From: Octopus sinensis
Lineage: Eukaryota
DNA: 64,000 bases
Direction: 5' to 3'
NCBI RefSeq assembly: GCF_006345805.1
Contig: NC_043002.1
Coordinates: forward strand, 100,440,001-100,504,000
The position numbers and the translations under genes are program-made. A model generated the notes under the pieces. The model was given only the letters and a program-made list of their open reading frames with translations, was not told the origin of the DNA and did no database searches. Shown here piece by piece: positions 25,345 to 39,548 of the stretch; position 1 is the first letter of the stretch, and every line of letters begins with the position of its first letter.

Positions 25345-25638
25345 TTGATTGTGAAGTGACGGTGGGAGACAGACACTGACTTAAAGATATACACTTTCGT
25401 ACACGCACACATACATACAAATATATATATATATATATATATACATGTATATATATACATGTGTGTGTGTATACGATGTGCTTTCTTTCAGTTTCCCTCA
25501 ACCGAATCCACTCACAAGGCTTCAGTCACTCCGAGACTATAATAGAAGAGACTTGCCCAAAGTACTATGCAGAAGGACTGAATCCAGAACCTCGCGACTG
25601 AGAAACAAGCATCTTACTACACAACTATGCTCGCGCTT
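25345..25638 (-). mobile_element. SINE family A, diverged, minus strand
   Basis: Reverse-complement match to the head (25470-25638) and to the post-microsatellite block. Confidence 0.65.
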
Positions 25639-25663
25639 ATATACATCAATATACATACAAGGA

Positions 25664-25877
25664 AAGGCGGCGAGCTGGCAGAAACGTTAGCACACCGGGC
25701 GAAATGCTTAGCGGTCTTTCGTCTGTCTTTACGTTCCGAGTTCAAATTCCGCTGAGGTCGACTTGGCTTTTCATCCTTTTGAGGTCGATAAATAAAGTAC
25801 CAGTTGCGTACTGGGGTTGATCTAATCGGCTTCCCCCCACCCCCGAAATTTCTTGCCTTGTACCTAGAGTAGAAAAG
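25664..25877 (+). mobile_element. SINE family B (tail type 1), full length
   Basis: aaggcggcgagctggcagaaacgttagc ... ccttgtacctagagtagaaaag. Confidence 0.92.
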
Positions 25878-25953
25878 TGTGTACGTTCAGACATACATAT
25901 AAACATATTTTCATAAATTTGCATATATACATACATATTCACACACACAACAA

Positions 25954-25988
<35 letters not shown>

Positions 25989-27214
25989 CATACATACATA
26001 CGCTATTTTTGTGCGTCTGTAGAACAAAACTTCAGTATAGCTATGAAGGAGGAGAGATGTCAATATGTTTTTTTAAGAGTATTCCTCATTGATAAGAGAA
26101 CGCTTCTGGCACTCTTTAAATACTACTGTTGCGTAACTTTGTACATTGCGGAAATTTAATTAGAGATTGACTGAAATCGATATTCGTATGAGTGTTTATC
26201 TGATCAATTACGTTGGATAATGCAAAATATTACTTAATATTTATGTAGGACATATACTTACATAGATCTATCATTTGCTAGGTCTTCTTGTATCTACGTC
26301 CCCATGTACACCGCTGCTTGTATGGCTATGGTGGTTGAGACATTTACTGAATAAATATTATTTTACGCATGCCCCAGTTACCGACTTTTCTTACTGCTAT
26401 ATTCTTGGCTAGAGTCAGACTAGCATTTGGTATAGTGAAACAATGTAAAAGTATGTTACTTTTTTGTGTTAGATTAATCCGTGTTCCAACATAATATTAC
26501 CAGCAAGTCATTCGGTGCTTTTAGTGAAATCCGTTCTGCTATAAACATTTGGCCCATGTCACTGGTATGAAAATAAATTCCTCATTTCCTTTTAACAGTT
26601 TCAAAGACCCTAATAAATGCCGTGGGTTTTGCCTTTTCTTGTCTGACAGAAATATGAGATTTTTTAAATCATTGTTAAACATCATATTTAACGAGGTTAT
26701 ACAACAACTGGAAGGCTGTAAAGTTTGAAATAGTGCATTTTGTTCCCTTCAGTGAGGATAAAATATCTGTTAAGTGATATCCACTCGTCACAATATCTTC
26801 GACAATCAGTCAAAATAGCAAAAATACAGTATTAATTGAAGTAATGTTCACCATGTTTAAACAATCTGTTGGTTGCATGTTTGTCAAAGTCCTTTTGTCG
26901 CTATACGCGACCACATCAATGACACGCTCTCTTTCTTCAAGCTCTTCAAAGCAGACCTAAAGAAGGAAGGCATGGCATTGATGAGATCGCGAATAGCGAC
27001 GAAAGCACTTTGGAAAAGAAAACATAACCGATCGATTGTTTAACCAACATATTAAACAAACGATTAATCAGGTGTGTAGATATTTAACCAATTGGCTAAC
27101 CAGTGCGTGTGTTATTATTGGTGTAATTACCCACCCAAGACAACAAAACTGGTTTCAATAGATGAATGAATTCACATAACGTATATTGTAAAACAAATAC
27201 AAAGACTATATACA

Positions 27215-27309
27215 TATGCATACATACATACATACATACACACACACATACATACATACATACATACATGCACACACACATACATACATACATACATACA
27301 CACACACAT

Positions 27310-27346
<37 letters not shown>

Positions 27347-27363
27347 TACATACATACATACAT

Positions 27364-27398
<35 letters not shown>

Positions 27399-27462
27399 TA
27401 CATACATACATACATACATACATACATACATAATACATACATACATACATACATACATACAT
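27215..27462. repeat. (TACA)n/(CA)n compound microsatellite
   Basis: Direct reading. Confidence 0.95.
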
Positions 27463-28592
27463 AGAGAAAGAATTCTATTTTTATACCTCAGAGTAGAAAC
27501 GAGGTTTTGGCTTACGTAACACTATAAGCGGAAATGTTTAGAAATATAAGATATATGGAGAATTTTCTTCTTTTTACAATAAAGCCATTCATTTCTGAGA
27601 CAAATATTCTCACTGACAAAGCAACCACATCAAGACCGACAGCAACACAAACATAAAGATTAAAACATTCTGATCTGAGGAAACGTCAAGATATTCTTGT
27701 TTGGATTTAACCTACAACAAATAATCCATAAAGCAGGATACAGAATGGAACTATCTTCACGATGTTCGTATATGATGAGATGCGATAGTGAAGGATGAAT
27801 AAATTTATCTTACAAATATGTAATATTATAGATAGAAATTTTAAATTACACCCGCATCCTTTCCTACGGCACTTGTAGAAATCCGTGTATAGCTTGATCG
27901 TATGCGTGCATGTATGTGTTTGTGTGCATGTGTCGTTATGTATATGTTGTTTGTTGGGAGATGGGCACTCACTGGTTGCTGCTTCAGCAAAGCTTAAAAT
28001 GTGTATTTTCGCAAGTAAACAATGGAATGTATTTCTTTCATAGATTACCAACAAAAGATTCCCTATGTGTATGAGGTGGTGGTGGTGGTGGCGGAGTGGG
28101 ACGAAAGTTCACATGTCTATTTCTATAATAAGCAACTGTTTGATTGATAATAAGAAACAAAATATATTTCTTGACTTGAGTTATTTTGCGCAGTAAACTT
28201 ATTTCTTTGAAGACATTGCTTAGAAGTTTTATTTTGCAGTATTGTTTGAAGGATTCGTTGATATGTGAAGAATACATTGTTGCTATTATTTTGTTATAAG
28301 AACGAATAAGAAAACTGAAAACATTGCTAACGTATAAACATTGCGCATCAGATGTACAAATGAAACGCAGTTCTTTGTATCAGCGTCTACATTTTATGGA
28401 CTACCGATAAAGCCGCAGTTGCTGCTATTTTCGGCCGCTTGATGTCAATCATTAAAGGGTCAAATCAGGCCGAAATCACGTGAGCTGGTGGTCCGAGGGA
28501 TGGAAATGGTGGTGATTGTCTGCCGCTGGCAATAGCTATGTTGCGCTGTTATGCACCATATAACAATATGAGAGTTTGTATTGTATAATGAT

Positions 28593-29126
28593 AAAAGAAG
28601 CAAGTTGCCAGAATTTAGGAATTTTTTCTTTATTTATTCATTATTATTAGCGCTTGTGTTCGTTTTTCGAACTTGTCAAATAAAAGTTTGTGAATGTGCA
28701 AACAGGTTGTTCATATATATGAAAAACAATTGCTTTTTTGTTTTATTTAGAAGACGAGAACATTGTTTTTGTCCTTTATTTTTCTTTTTTGGGAATGAGG
28801 TTCCATGACATTGGAGACAGATAGATAGATACAGAGAGAGAGAGGTGTATCTGTCTATCTATATATCTACCTATCTATGTATCTATCTCCAATATCCAGG
28901 AACCTCACCTCAGAAAACAAAACGGACAAAAACAATGTTCTCCTCTTCTAAACAAAACAAAAATACAACTGTTATAGACAGATGAACAACCTCTTTCCAC
29001 ATTCGCAAAATTTAATTTGACGAGTTCTAAAAAAGGAACGAAAGGGCTTATAATAATGAATAATGAATAAATTATAATAATGAATAAATAAAAAATATTT
29101 TTCCAAAATCTGGTGATCTTCTTTTT
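28593..29126. repeat. Long imperfect inverted repeat (fold-back) with ~240-280-bp arms
   Basis: Left arm 28593-28832 matches the reverse complement of 28847-29126, e.g. tttagaaga(c/g)gagaacattgtttttgtcc. The supplied + and - ORFs share FVLFRR.EHCFCP. Confidence 0.9.
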
Positions 29127-29133
29127 CTCAAGA

Positions 29134-29181
<48 letters not shown>

Positions 29182-29712
29182 CAGGCAGTGGCTCTCATGG
29201 CTTCTGATCTTAACTGATTGGAAGTGTTATAATGTACGTTGTTTTGTCTTGGCATAAAAGATGGGCTACAGCAAATATTCTGCTCAATACCACATATTCA
29301 ATCGTCAGTTGTTTGACCTTAACCAGTTGCGCATGTCCCTTGCTGGCTAACGATATGTGCATCTCTGATCACAAGTGGAAGTAGTGGGAGAGCATCATAA
29401 CCATGTGTTGAGAGAAATTCTTAGGTGGTTGAATGATTCACCTCTGGAAACATGAGTTTTTTGTTCATCATCCTTAAAACAACCCTTATTCAAGGACCTT
29501 TGCGCAGGATGGGCTATTCAACGTGAAGAAAATACTAACTGGGCCCCCACCGATTAGGTCATGTGCTGTTTATGTTGATACGGGATCACCATGTTCCGCG
29601 AGTATGTTTGAGTGCATGTGCCTGGTGTACCCATATCAGACGGGTAGTTATGATGGCTGCGCATATCTGTACCCAGTGTTACTTTGATAGCATGTACTGC
29701 TATTTCACCCAA
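29182..29712. mobile_element. ~530-bp interspersed repeat (family D) embedded in (AAT)n
   Basis: Homologous to 60415-60601 and 60650-61101. Flanked by (AAT)n at 29141-29176 and 29715-29740. No tRNA head and no TIRs seen. Confidence 0.8.
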
Positions 29713-31689
29713 TCATAATAATAATAATAATAATAATAATATAGGCACAAGTTTTGAAATTAGGTACAAGGCTTGAAATTTCCGGGGAAGGAGAATGGCC
29801 AGCTTCATCGTTACCAGTGCTCACCAGGAACTTATTTTATTGACCCCGAAAGGATGAAAGACAAAATGTGAGAGATTCCCAACTGTCTTCGATAGTTAAA
29901 AGTTCGACTCCCACCATATGTGCTACCTTTCATATTTATAAAGGCACTTAGCTCTGAAATAACTTGATTCACCTTGCTCTAATAATTTACATGTTTGTGA
30001 AAATGGAAACACTGTTAAATGAAATTGTATTCCGTTAACCTGCAATGCTGAGTACAAATTATGGGAATTTATTAATATATAAACGGTATTTTAATTAATT
30101 TTTATTGAGAAGGAAAAATAATTAACTCTATAGTTTATTCTTGTTAAGAAAACATGAGACAACCTCGAAATTTAATAAAAATCGAATGCAGTGCTGGATG
30201 ACCCTATTCATCGGTAGTAACCTTCATACTTTGCACGAAGTGTAAGTTTATGGTAATATCTTTATAATGCATTTCACCAACCATCCAGCTCCCTTATTAA
30301 TTTTGCTATTAACACTCAACGTACTTTACAATCATTCTATTTAGTTATCTGTTACGATTATTAAAAGCTAAGTAATAACATTCATTAACCATAGTTACAT
30401 AGACTAATTCTGGTGTCGTGCACAATATTGTTTGCAAAATTCGAACTGATTCAGGCTGAATGCCAAACTTTGCTACTCTGATACAAAAGAGAGATTTATT
30501 ATTTGGCAAAATAATAAAGTGTGAGGCGGTTTTTGCTTTTGATGTTTTCGCTTTTACTGAAAATGTGTTCTCGAAGTAATTTATCTTAATGAGTGACAAC
30601 TGATTGTTGATTAGATATTTTGGTATTTTTCTGGCACACAGTAAGATATATTTCTTAAGAAATAATGATTATTTTGATCCATACTCAAATAGAAGAAAAA
30701 CAAGTTGAAGAATAGAAGATGCGTTAGAGTGAGGATGAACAAATAAGCCGGGTTCATATAATCTTTATCAACTTAAATAGCCTTTCTACTTCTCTTTACT
30801 TAATTAGAATTTGTCTTGTTTTACCTCATTGTTGGCATAAATGTAATTCAGAACTTTAAAAAATTGTCTCTGATCTTTAACGATGGAAAATAAAAGGATT
30901 AATAACAAACATAGAAGTGGCAGTATTTGACCAGAGGATATTCTAAAAAGCCCACACAATGTAAATAATGAAGATACGTATGCTATGAAACTCCCTTTTA
31001 ATTTAAGCCTTTATTTAGATTTAAAATTAGGTCTAGGATTTCAGTAACTTATGTGTACTGGTATCATTGCAAATTAAAGCTATTAAGATGAAAGTTTTAG
31101 CTCTTTCTTTATCCTCAGAGTTAATTCCCACGCTTCAGGTTATTCTATTCAATCTCATATGATATTTATTTATGAAAGCTCCAATTTAATATACAATTAG
31201 GACATAAAGAAAAATACAGAATAAAAGTGTAATCTCCCTCTTCGCTGGTTTGATAATAAATCTTTATCCTCTTACCAGTTGTGAAATGGAAGAAATCGAT
31301 CTTTCGGTACGTACATTTAAAGAAAGGATTGACTATTCCCCTCAGTCTTTCCTTTCTCAAAGTTCTTAATGTAAAAATAAAATAAATAGACTGGGACATT
31401 TGAAGGGCGGCTTAAACGCTTTACACTGGAGGAACATTTTATTGAGTTCAAAGATTCTACGTGATCGCTCAGCAACTAGAAATAGCAGCCAAACCTTGGA
31501 AATCACTCTATTTCGTGCTTTAAAAAATTGTCAATATTATAATATAGTCCTACATACCAATAAAAAGACGGAACGCTCATTGCTGGAGTGTATTTTATCA
31601 AAGATCTGCTCGATTAGAATGTTTTACAATGTATTATTATTAGTTTCTTCTGATTACTTACCATTGTTTTGAGAGCGACTGCTAAAAAA

Positions 31690-31880
31690 ACATGGCAGAA
31701 TGGTGAGAGCAGCGCGCAAAATAATTTGCAATATTTAGCTCGGCTGAATACATCCTGAGTTCAAATTCCACAGACGTCAACTTTGTCTTTCATTCTTCCG
31801 AGATCAATTAAAATTAAGTACCGAATAGCGACTAATACCCTTCAAAATTGCCGACCTTGTGCCAAAATTCAAAAACAATT
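31690..31880 (+). mobile_element. SINE family B, old copy
   Basis: catggcagaatggt...cctgagttcaaattcc...ttgtgccaaaatt. Confidence 0.65.
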
Positions 31881-32075
31881 AGCAGAAGAAGAAGAAGAAG
31901 ATGCATTGCTGCCACATAAGTATCAGTGTGGACAAAGTAACTTGTATGATGATAACTCACTTTATGATTGGAGTATATAGTCCCATCAAACTTGATCTTT
32001 GGTTTTCACAGTTTAACACAGTCAACAACAGTTTAATATTAGTATCAATATAATTGGCGACATTCTTCCTTTCTA

Positions 32076-32096
32076 TTATTATTATTATTATTATTA

Positions 32097-32139
<43 letters not shown>

Positions 32140-32149
32140 TTTATTTTTA

Positions 32150-32186
<37 letters not shown>
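32076..32186. repeat. (ATT)n microsatellite
   Basis: Direct reading. Confidence 0.95.
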
Positions 32187-33956
32187 CATCATACAGTACT
32201 TTTTAGAAAGTCGTAAAAATATCGGTCAGAAAATATGTCACAGTCGATCATTCATTTTGAAAAAATGTTTTGACCTTTTCTTCATTTTTTTCTCGCTTTA
32301 TTCCCCCATAATATTTTTACCTTTTATAGACTTTTTCTTTTTTAACTTTTCGTATACTGTAAGTTACAAATAATTTTGGTATTGAAATATTTGGGAGAAA
32401 TAGTGATACTTTCTCGATTCTATTTATGGTAACCTATAAATTGTTATTCATTCTCCAGTACAACTTAATATAACACGACAAAGAGAAGATCTTGGTCGTC
32501 TTTTTTGCCATTTCCAGCTCCTCTTCTAACTGTGATTTGAATATATTAAGATGGCTGTTAAAAGCAAAACGTCAGTAGAAATGTTGCTAGTGTTTTGCTG
32601 CTGCATTTTTGTTCTGAATCTTTTGCTGTATTTTCGTTCTTGATGTCGTCATCGATATTGACATCATTTCTACCGCTACTACTACTGCTGACGTTCATGT
32701 TGTTCTTGTCATTGTGAAGTATATAAAATGCATTTAAATGGAATATTCAAAACAAATAAGCTTTGAGGTACTATAGAGATTTTTGATGTATGAATTGTAA
32801 TGCATTTTTGCTGTGGGGGATTATTGTTTTATTGTTATTTTTATATTTTTCTTCTTTTCTTCTTTTTTATGCTTCAGTGCCTAGAGTAGTTTCAAAATAA
32901 TCAGGCTTCAAGAGTTTGTTGCCCAATGCCTCAAAACAGCAGCTTATTGAAGTATTTCTCGATTAACTTTGAGATCGTTTTATTTTTTCCCTTCTTCAAA
33001 GTTTAGACATTCTAACACCATTTGGATTGAGGAAGCTTTCTTGAATCGTTGTTGTCACCGTGTATCTCACATAGGCTACCTACAATCCTCACCTTACACA
33101 GCAAGCTGTATAGTAACCAAACTGGAGACAGATTCAAGATCTTGGCAATTCCATAGCACATTTCAACTACCTGAAACTCAGAACTTCTGTCGTTTTCTGT
33201 TCGTATTGCAGCAGTTCCTTCTCTTCTGTATCCAAAGTAACTACTTCCAATTTTGTGAAATAAGTTTTAGCCCAAAAAATACTATCACAAAGTCTTTCAT
33301 CCTGCATGTACGATTCACGCCAACAATAGGGCAAACCAAATACTTTGTAATATGTTGCTTAAGCTGATTTTGATTTTAACATTTGGTGTTAAAATTGAGG
33401 ACCGAAGATGGTGTCTATTTTCTTTTCTATTTAAAATTTTCATTTTGCAAACAGGCTAATTTTCCATCTTCCTTTCTCTTTCTGCTTGTCCGTCTGTCTC
33501 TCGTATAAATACATACATACATACACACACATACACATACATACACACACAACACACACACACACACACACACATATTTATATATATATATATATATATA
33601 TGAAGAGAGGCGGGGTAGAGACGGGGGCAGAAATATGTGCCCCAGTGTTCAGTTTTGCCCTATAAAACTCACCCTTTCAAAGATTAAAAAAAACCTTCAT
33701 TTCATTTAACTTTTCAAAATTATGCATCAGCTACACAAACCATAGACACCACGTACCAGGCCAACGATGATTCCACGAAGAGAGACCTATAATGTTCGCG
33801 AAGTGAACTATTTTACCACACAATCAAGGCTGTAATGGACAATATTTAATTCGATGGGTTGTAGCACGTGTTTCCGTTAGTTTGTGTGCGCTGTTTTTCT
33901 TTTCTTGTCTTCTCTTTTGTCTTACTGTAAATTTTATTGTACTCTTTCATTATTCG

Positions 33957-33998
<42 letters not shown>

Positions 33999-34097
33999 CT
34001 ATCTTTTTATCAATCTTACATATATAGACACACATACACATCTAAATTTTTTCTGTGTATAAGTATGTATGTATGGATCCACCTGCATCTATACTAT

Positions 34098-34134
<37 letters not shown>

Positions 34135-34708
34135 TATATAAAGATATAAATGCATATATATGTGTGTGTGTATAATATATGTATATATATGTATTGATAT
34201 ATGTACGTATAGATGTATGTTCTCATCTCAGCGCATACATGCCTGTATACCGACAATTCCCATTGGATCAGCTTGTCAACTTTCGTATGAAATGTGTTTT
34301 TAAAATACAGTATCATAACTGACAGTATCTTAACTTCGAATCTTAGTAACTGTAAGATACTAGAACACAGGTTATAATTTACCTCAGGAGTTGATGCAAC
34401 ACCATCAAACTGAACACTATGATTCTGTTATATCTTTATACTTTTGAATTCCGAATATACGTAATATCCTGGCTTCTATTTCTGTTTCACTCCAGAAAAA
34501 TATATGATTGAGTTAATAGGAGTCGACTAATAGAATTCCAAAGTTTCAAGTGTTACTGACCTACCACTAACAGGATTCTCACATTTTATTTTTCATTTAT
34601 AATTTTGACTTTCTTTTGAGAAAAATTTGCATGATATGTCTTTATCCCTCATTTACTTCACACGTACACACACACACACCATGCACACATACGCACATAT
34701 ATATATAC

Positions 34709-34789
<81 letters not shown>

Positions 34790-35790
34790 GAGAGAGAGAG
34801 AGAGACTCACATAGATAGATACAGAGAGAGAGAGGGAGAAATGTTTGATATATATTTGTATATCTGTAAAATGATATAACTGTAAAATCAGGATACATAA
34901 GCGAAAATGCATATTTTCCATAATTTTATTCTACTACAATGATAAATAACATGTTTGGCGTGGTTTTCATATTTACTGTTGCAAAGTTCGATATGCTTTG
35001 TGAGATTCCGATGCAGTACACCACACTTCCGTTAATTTGGACACGGTCATTAATGATGCCTTCCTTCAGATGATTCATATTTGTAATTTTTATTGAGTAC
35101 TTCTTCTCCTTCAGTATAATCTCACTAAAAGAAGCCAAAAGGATTAATATTTGGTGAGCATCGTGACTATCCCACAAGGATATTAGCAACATTTCCCACG
35201 TATCCAGACGTTATGGTCAGCCTGTATAAGCGGTAATATGTATTCAAATACGCACGCCTATGTATAGATTGCGATTGAGCATTCGTCGTATTTGAATATA
35301 AAATTGATGAAACTGGAGTAAACAAAGAGTACGGCTGGACAGTTATTTTTTAATCACTACAAATGTTTTCACGCAACGTAGTTCTCCAAAAGTACAGGAA
35401 TTTGATTAAGCAATTGATTATTTGTATAATGAGAACTAATTTTGTTTCCTCATGTGATATTCTACTGTTGTCTCTGTTAGTTTAAAATCTTCGACTTCAA
35501 GGCGATCGCCAATAAAACAAAAACTATTCCTCGACCTAATACATATAGATGCTCCTTTCCCGAATTCCCACAAAATCTAAAAACTCTTTAATAAACTTGA
35601 AACCATTTGACTTAAAATGAACATAAAATCTCTCTATTTCAAGATCAACGGTCATAACAAGAAATTATATGAATTGCATATATGCTTGTAAAAGTATTGT
35701 AGTTGTTGTATCTACGCAGTTATATAAATTACTCCTCTCTTCAATACATACCTCCAACCAGTAATCTCTCTCTATATATATATACAAAAT

Positions 35791-35849
<59 letters not shown>

Positions 35850-36020
35850 ATATATATATGTTGCTGGTTGGAAGTGCTTATCTCCCCCTTTGAAAACATA
35901 AGAACACAGAAAATATGTCATGGCCAACAGGAAACGGTGTTTCCTAGGGTTAAATAGCAGTAGCATTCTTCCCTTTCATGGGACTGTCACATTAAATTGA
36001 CAACATACCATCACTTTATA

Positions 36021-36065
<45 letters not shown>

Positions 36066-36783
36066 TCCAGCATAGCCACAGTCGCATTGCTGAAACTAAT
36101 AAAAGAGTATACATGCATATGAATCTACCCCAGTACTTAATTTTGCTAAGCCTAGTACTTATTCCATTGATCACTTTATATATATGTATATGAGGCTAGA
36201 GAGAAAGAAAATATACATTTCTGTATGCGTAGCTGGAGACACATACACAGACTTATGTGCGTGTGTGTATTTATTTATTTATTTATTGATCTATTTAGTT
36301 ATGTATTTATACACGCACATACAAAACAACTTCGATATGTTTTCCTTTCCCGCTGAGTAATGTCTACCACAAATAATTATAAACATCAAGGAAGCATTGA
36401 TGTAGCAAAGACATACTACAAACGCTAATGCACAGATTTATCTTTTTGTTCGGTAATTAGGTTTCTCTTTCAAGTCTATGTTTCCGGATCCTTCTGGGTA
36501 TTGAGTTTGCTTATAACTCCTTAAGTGTCGTTAGCATAGAACAAAGAATGTATTGGAATCGAATCAAGCCACAGTGACGAACTATATTCCACTGCTCTCC
36601 GGTAATAGTTTAGATTAACCAGTTACCCTCCTGGGTCGAGAATATTGTACAGATGTATGGTAGAAAACCATGAAGTACTTGAGGTTTTTATCTTTGTTTT
36701 GTCCACCAAATTTACTTTGCTCTTAATAACTTCAGAATAAAAATCTAATAATTTTATTTCCTTCTGTTTCGATCTTTTCACAG

Positions 36784-36874
36784 ATGTCTCTCAAAAATAT
36801 ATGGCATGACAGCTTTCAAAGAGCTGTGTCCATTTGCCAAGGAATTACATTCGCAGATTGTGACAGCCATAAAG
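36784..36874 (+). CDS. BAIAP3: Next internal coding exon (91 nt, phase 2 to phase 0) of the same BAIAP3/Munc13-4-like gene
   Basis: Branch-like CTAAT at 36745, AG-free polypyrimidine tract, ttcacAG|A acceptor, AAG|GTAACA donor. Joined to 13417 it reads R-CLSKIYGMTAFKELCPFAKELHSQIVTAIK, matching recalled BAIAP3 CLGKLQLFQPSFEICPFESELNMDIAAALK (CL.K...CPF..EL...I..A.K). Confidence 0.85.
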
Positions 36875-38059
36875 GTAACATTGAATTTATATTTTATTAT
36901 TTTCTCAACGACTATATTTAGAGATGTTTTTTGTTAAATTTGTCCTAGTTTCAGTGAAAAAAATGTTCTCCAGCTACACTGAATTAATACTATTTGCACT
37001 GCAAAATCAAGTTAGTATCCAAATTATGCTTAACCATCTACCGTCGAGTAAAGTTGCTTATATGCCATTGGTTTGATATTCTTCTGACAGTGTTGGTTCG
37101 GTGACAGACTAATGCCCAGCATTTATTACATTAGTAAAGTTGTCTTCAAATTATGTCGGGTTTAACTTCGCCTTTCATCCTTCCTACGTCGTAGTGTCCA
37201 TCAGATAAGTTCTTGAACTTGATTCGATTTCACAACATGTGTGGGCTTTGTGATTAAGATAGAAATCATTATCACGGAAAATTCTAATACTTTATCTGAC
37301 TAAAGTGCCAAACTAAATATCTAGCTAAATACGTTTAGCCTCTTCTTTATGATTTCAAATCCTGCTTGTTGACAGATGCCTGAAAGCCAAGAATAAGTAC
37401 ATATCAGAACGCGACTTCTAATCAGTTTGGATTGCCAGTTGTAATCAAATCAGTTTATTTATTATCCTTGAGGAAAGACATAAAAACGTTACGCAAGTAC
37501 AACATCGATTTTTCAGAACCTCTGGTTCCAAAGCCAATCCAGATAAACTGATTTTTTTTTTCCGAACCAGAGGTGATCACATTCGAAATTAAACAAATAT
37601 TGAATTTACTCAATTAAATGAAATTCAGATACTTGTACATTAGCATACATGATTACAAGTTTATTAATATTGTACTGTGCTAGATACTGGTCCGTGAAAA
37701 ATACCAGTAAACTACGCTGTCAGCTGCAGGAACATGAATTTCCTGTTCATAAATTTGTTCGGATTAGAAGGGTCCCGGACTATCAATATCAGGAAAGGTG
37801 GTATTGTACTTATACTAAATTTGTTATCCTAAGAGTGCGCCTTTTTTCGCACGTGAAAGAAATCAAATATTAGCAAAGTCAAATCTGTATCTAATACCCA
37901 AATTTTGCTTTTTTTTATTTTTTACCGGTCGATAAAGTAAACATCAGAAATATGTCTACTTCTAATCACTCGCTTCAAATTTTCAATAAGAATCAATGAC
38001 TACTAATTTACTTTTGCTAAATTGAATGTTCTTAAACCCGAATAAATAATCGGCTCTTA

Positions 38060-38281
38060 TTTCTTTACTGCCCACAAGGGGCTACACACAGAGGGGATAA
38101 ACAAGGATAGACAAACGGATTAAGTCGATTATATTGATCCCAGTGCGTAACTGTTACTTATTTATCGACCTCGAAGGGATGAAAGGCAAAATCAACCCCG
38201 ACGGAATTTTGAACTCTGAACGTAGCGGCAGACGAAATACTGCTAAGAATTTTGCCCGGCGTGCTAACATTTCTGGCTTCC
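38060..38281 (-). mobile_element. SINE family B (tail type 2) with a 15-bp TSD
   Basis: Perfect direct repeat aataatcggctctta at 38045-38059 and 38282-38296. Confidence 0.93.
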
Positions 38282-38367
38282 AATAATCGGCTCTTATGAT
38301 ACAAAATACATAATACTGTAAAATAATATATGTATATACACACGCGTGCACACACACACACACACAC

Positions 38368-38633
<266 letters not shown>

Positions 38634-39341
38634 GAGAAAACTGTCAGGAAGGATGAATTAGATTAGTTGACTTAATCGTATACGCTCCACTTCATTTCTA
38701 TGCAAAATTCATCTCTGCAACAAATGATATATATATATATATTATATTTTGGTGCATCTCACGCCTAACCTGGTCAACGGCCATCTTAATCGCTTTATCC
38801 ACAACCTCGATATCATTTCCTCGTTCATAAACTAAATTATATTTCGGAGTATCGGTTTAAGATGAATTACAGCTTTATCTAGTCTCAAACTCTTAACATA
38901 TCTCAAAATAAACTCTCTTTTTCTCTTAGCACTGCTGCTGCCATTTTCATATAAATAGGAGGGAATCTACGATTCACAACAGTTCTTGCTTTTCTCTTAC
39001 TTGAAGTATGAGCCAGTTATGTGCTCAGAAATAAGTTTTCGGTAGTTATCGACCATACTATTGTATCATCTTTGTTATATCTCATATGTATGCTAAAGTT
39101 TAGAAAACATTTATTGCTTCTTCATTAAAAAGGATAACGACGCAACTTTTGTGCATGTTAAATAGTTAAACTTCAGATGCATTTCTGAATAAGGTCATCA
39201 ATTATGAATTCATCTCCGGTAACTTCAAAGCGCAGAGTTTCTTGCGTGCTAGATATTAATTTTTTGTAGCTTTTATTTTCTTTAATTTTGTTTAATATTG
39301 TATCGACGAATATCCAGTTGCTTTGTTAGTGCTATTATTAA

Positions 39342-39548
39342 GCGTGGTGGGTTGGCATATGAATCATTGAATCGCTGAACAAAGATTACGGATAGAGTGG
39401 AACGTCCTGAGTTCAAATGTCGCCAAGATCGAATTTGCTTTTCATCCATTCAGGGTCGATGAAATAAGCACTAGTTCATCACAGGGGCAGATGTAATGAA
39501 GTAGACCCCTCCCTCAGAATTTTAGGCATTGCTCCTATTTCCGAAAGT
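39342..39548 (+). mobile_element. SINE family B, diverged
   Basis: gcgtggtgggttggcatatgaatc...cctgagttcaaatgtcgcc. Confidence 0.7.

Noticed and set aside
34926-35192. 88-aa minus-strand ORF in unique sequence
   Set aside because: No recognisable domain, weak donor, and antisense to the host gene; insufficient support.
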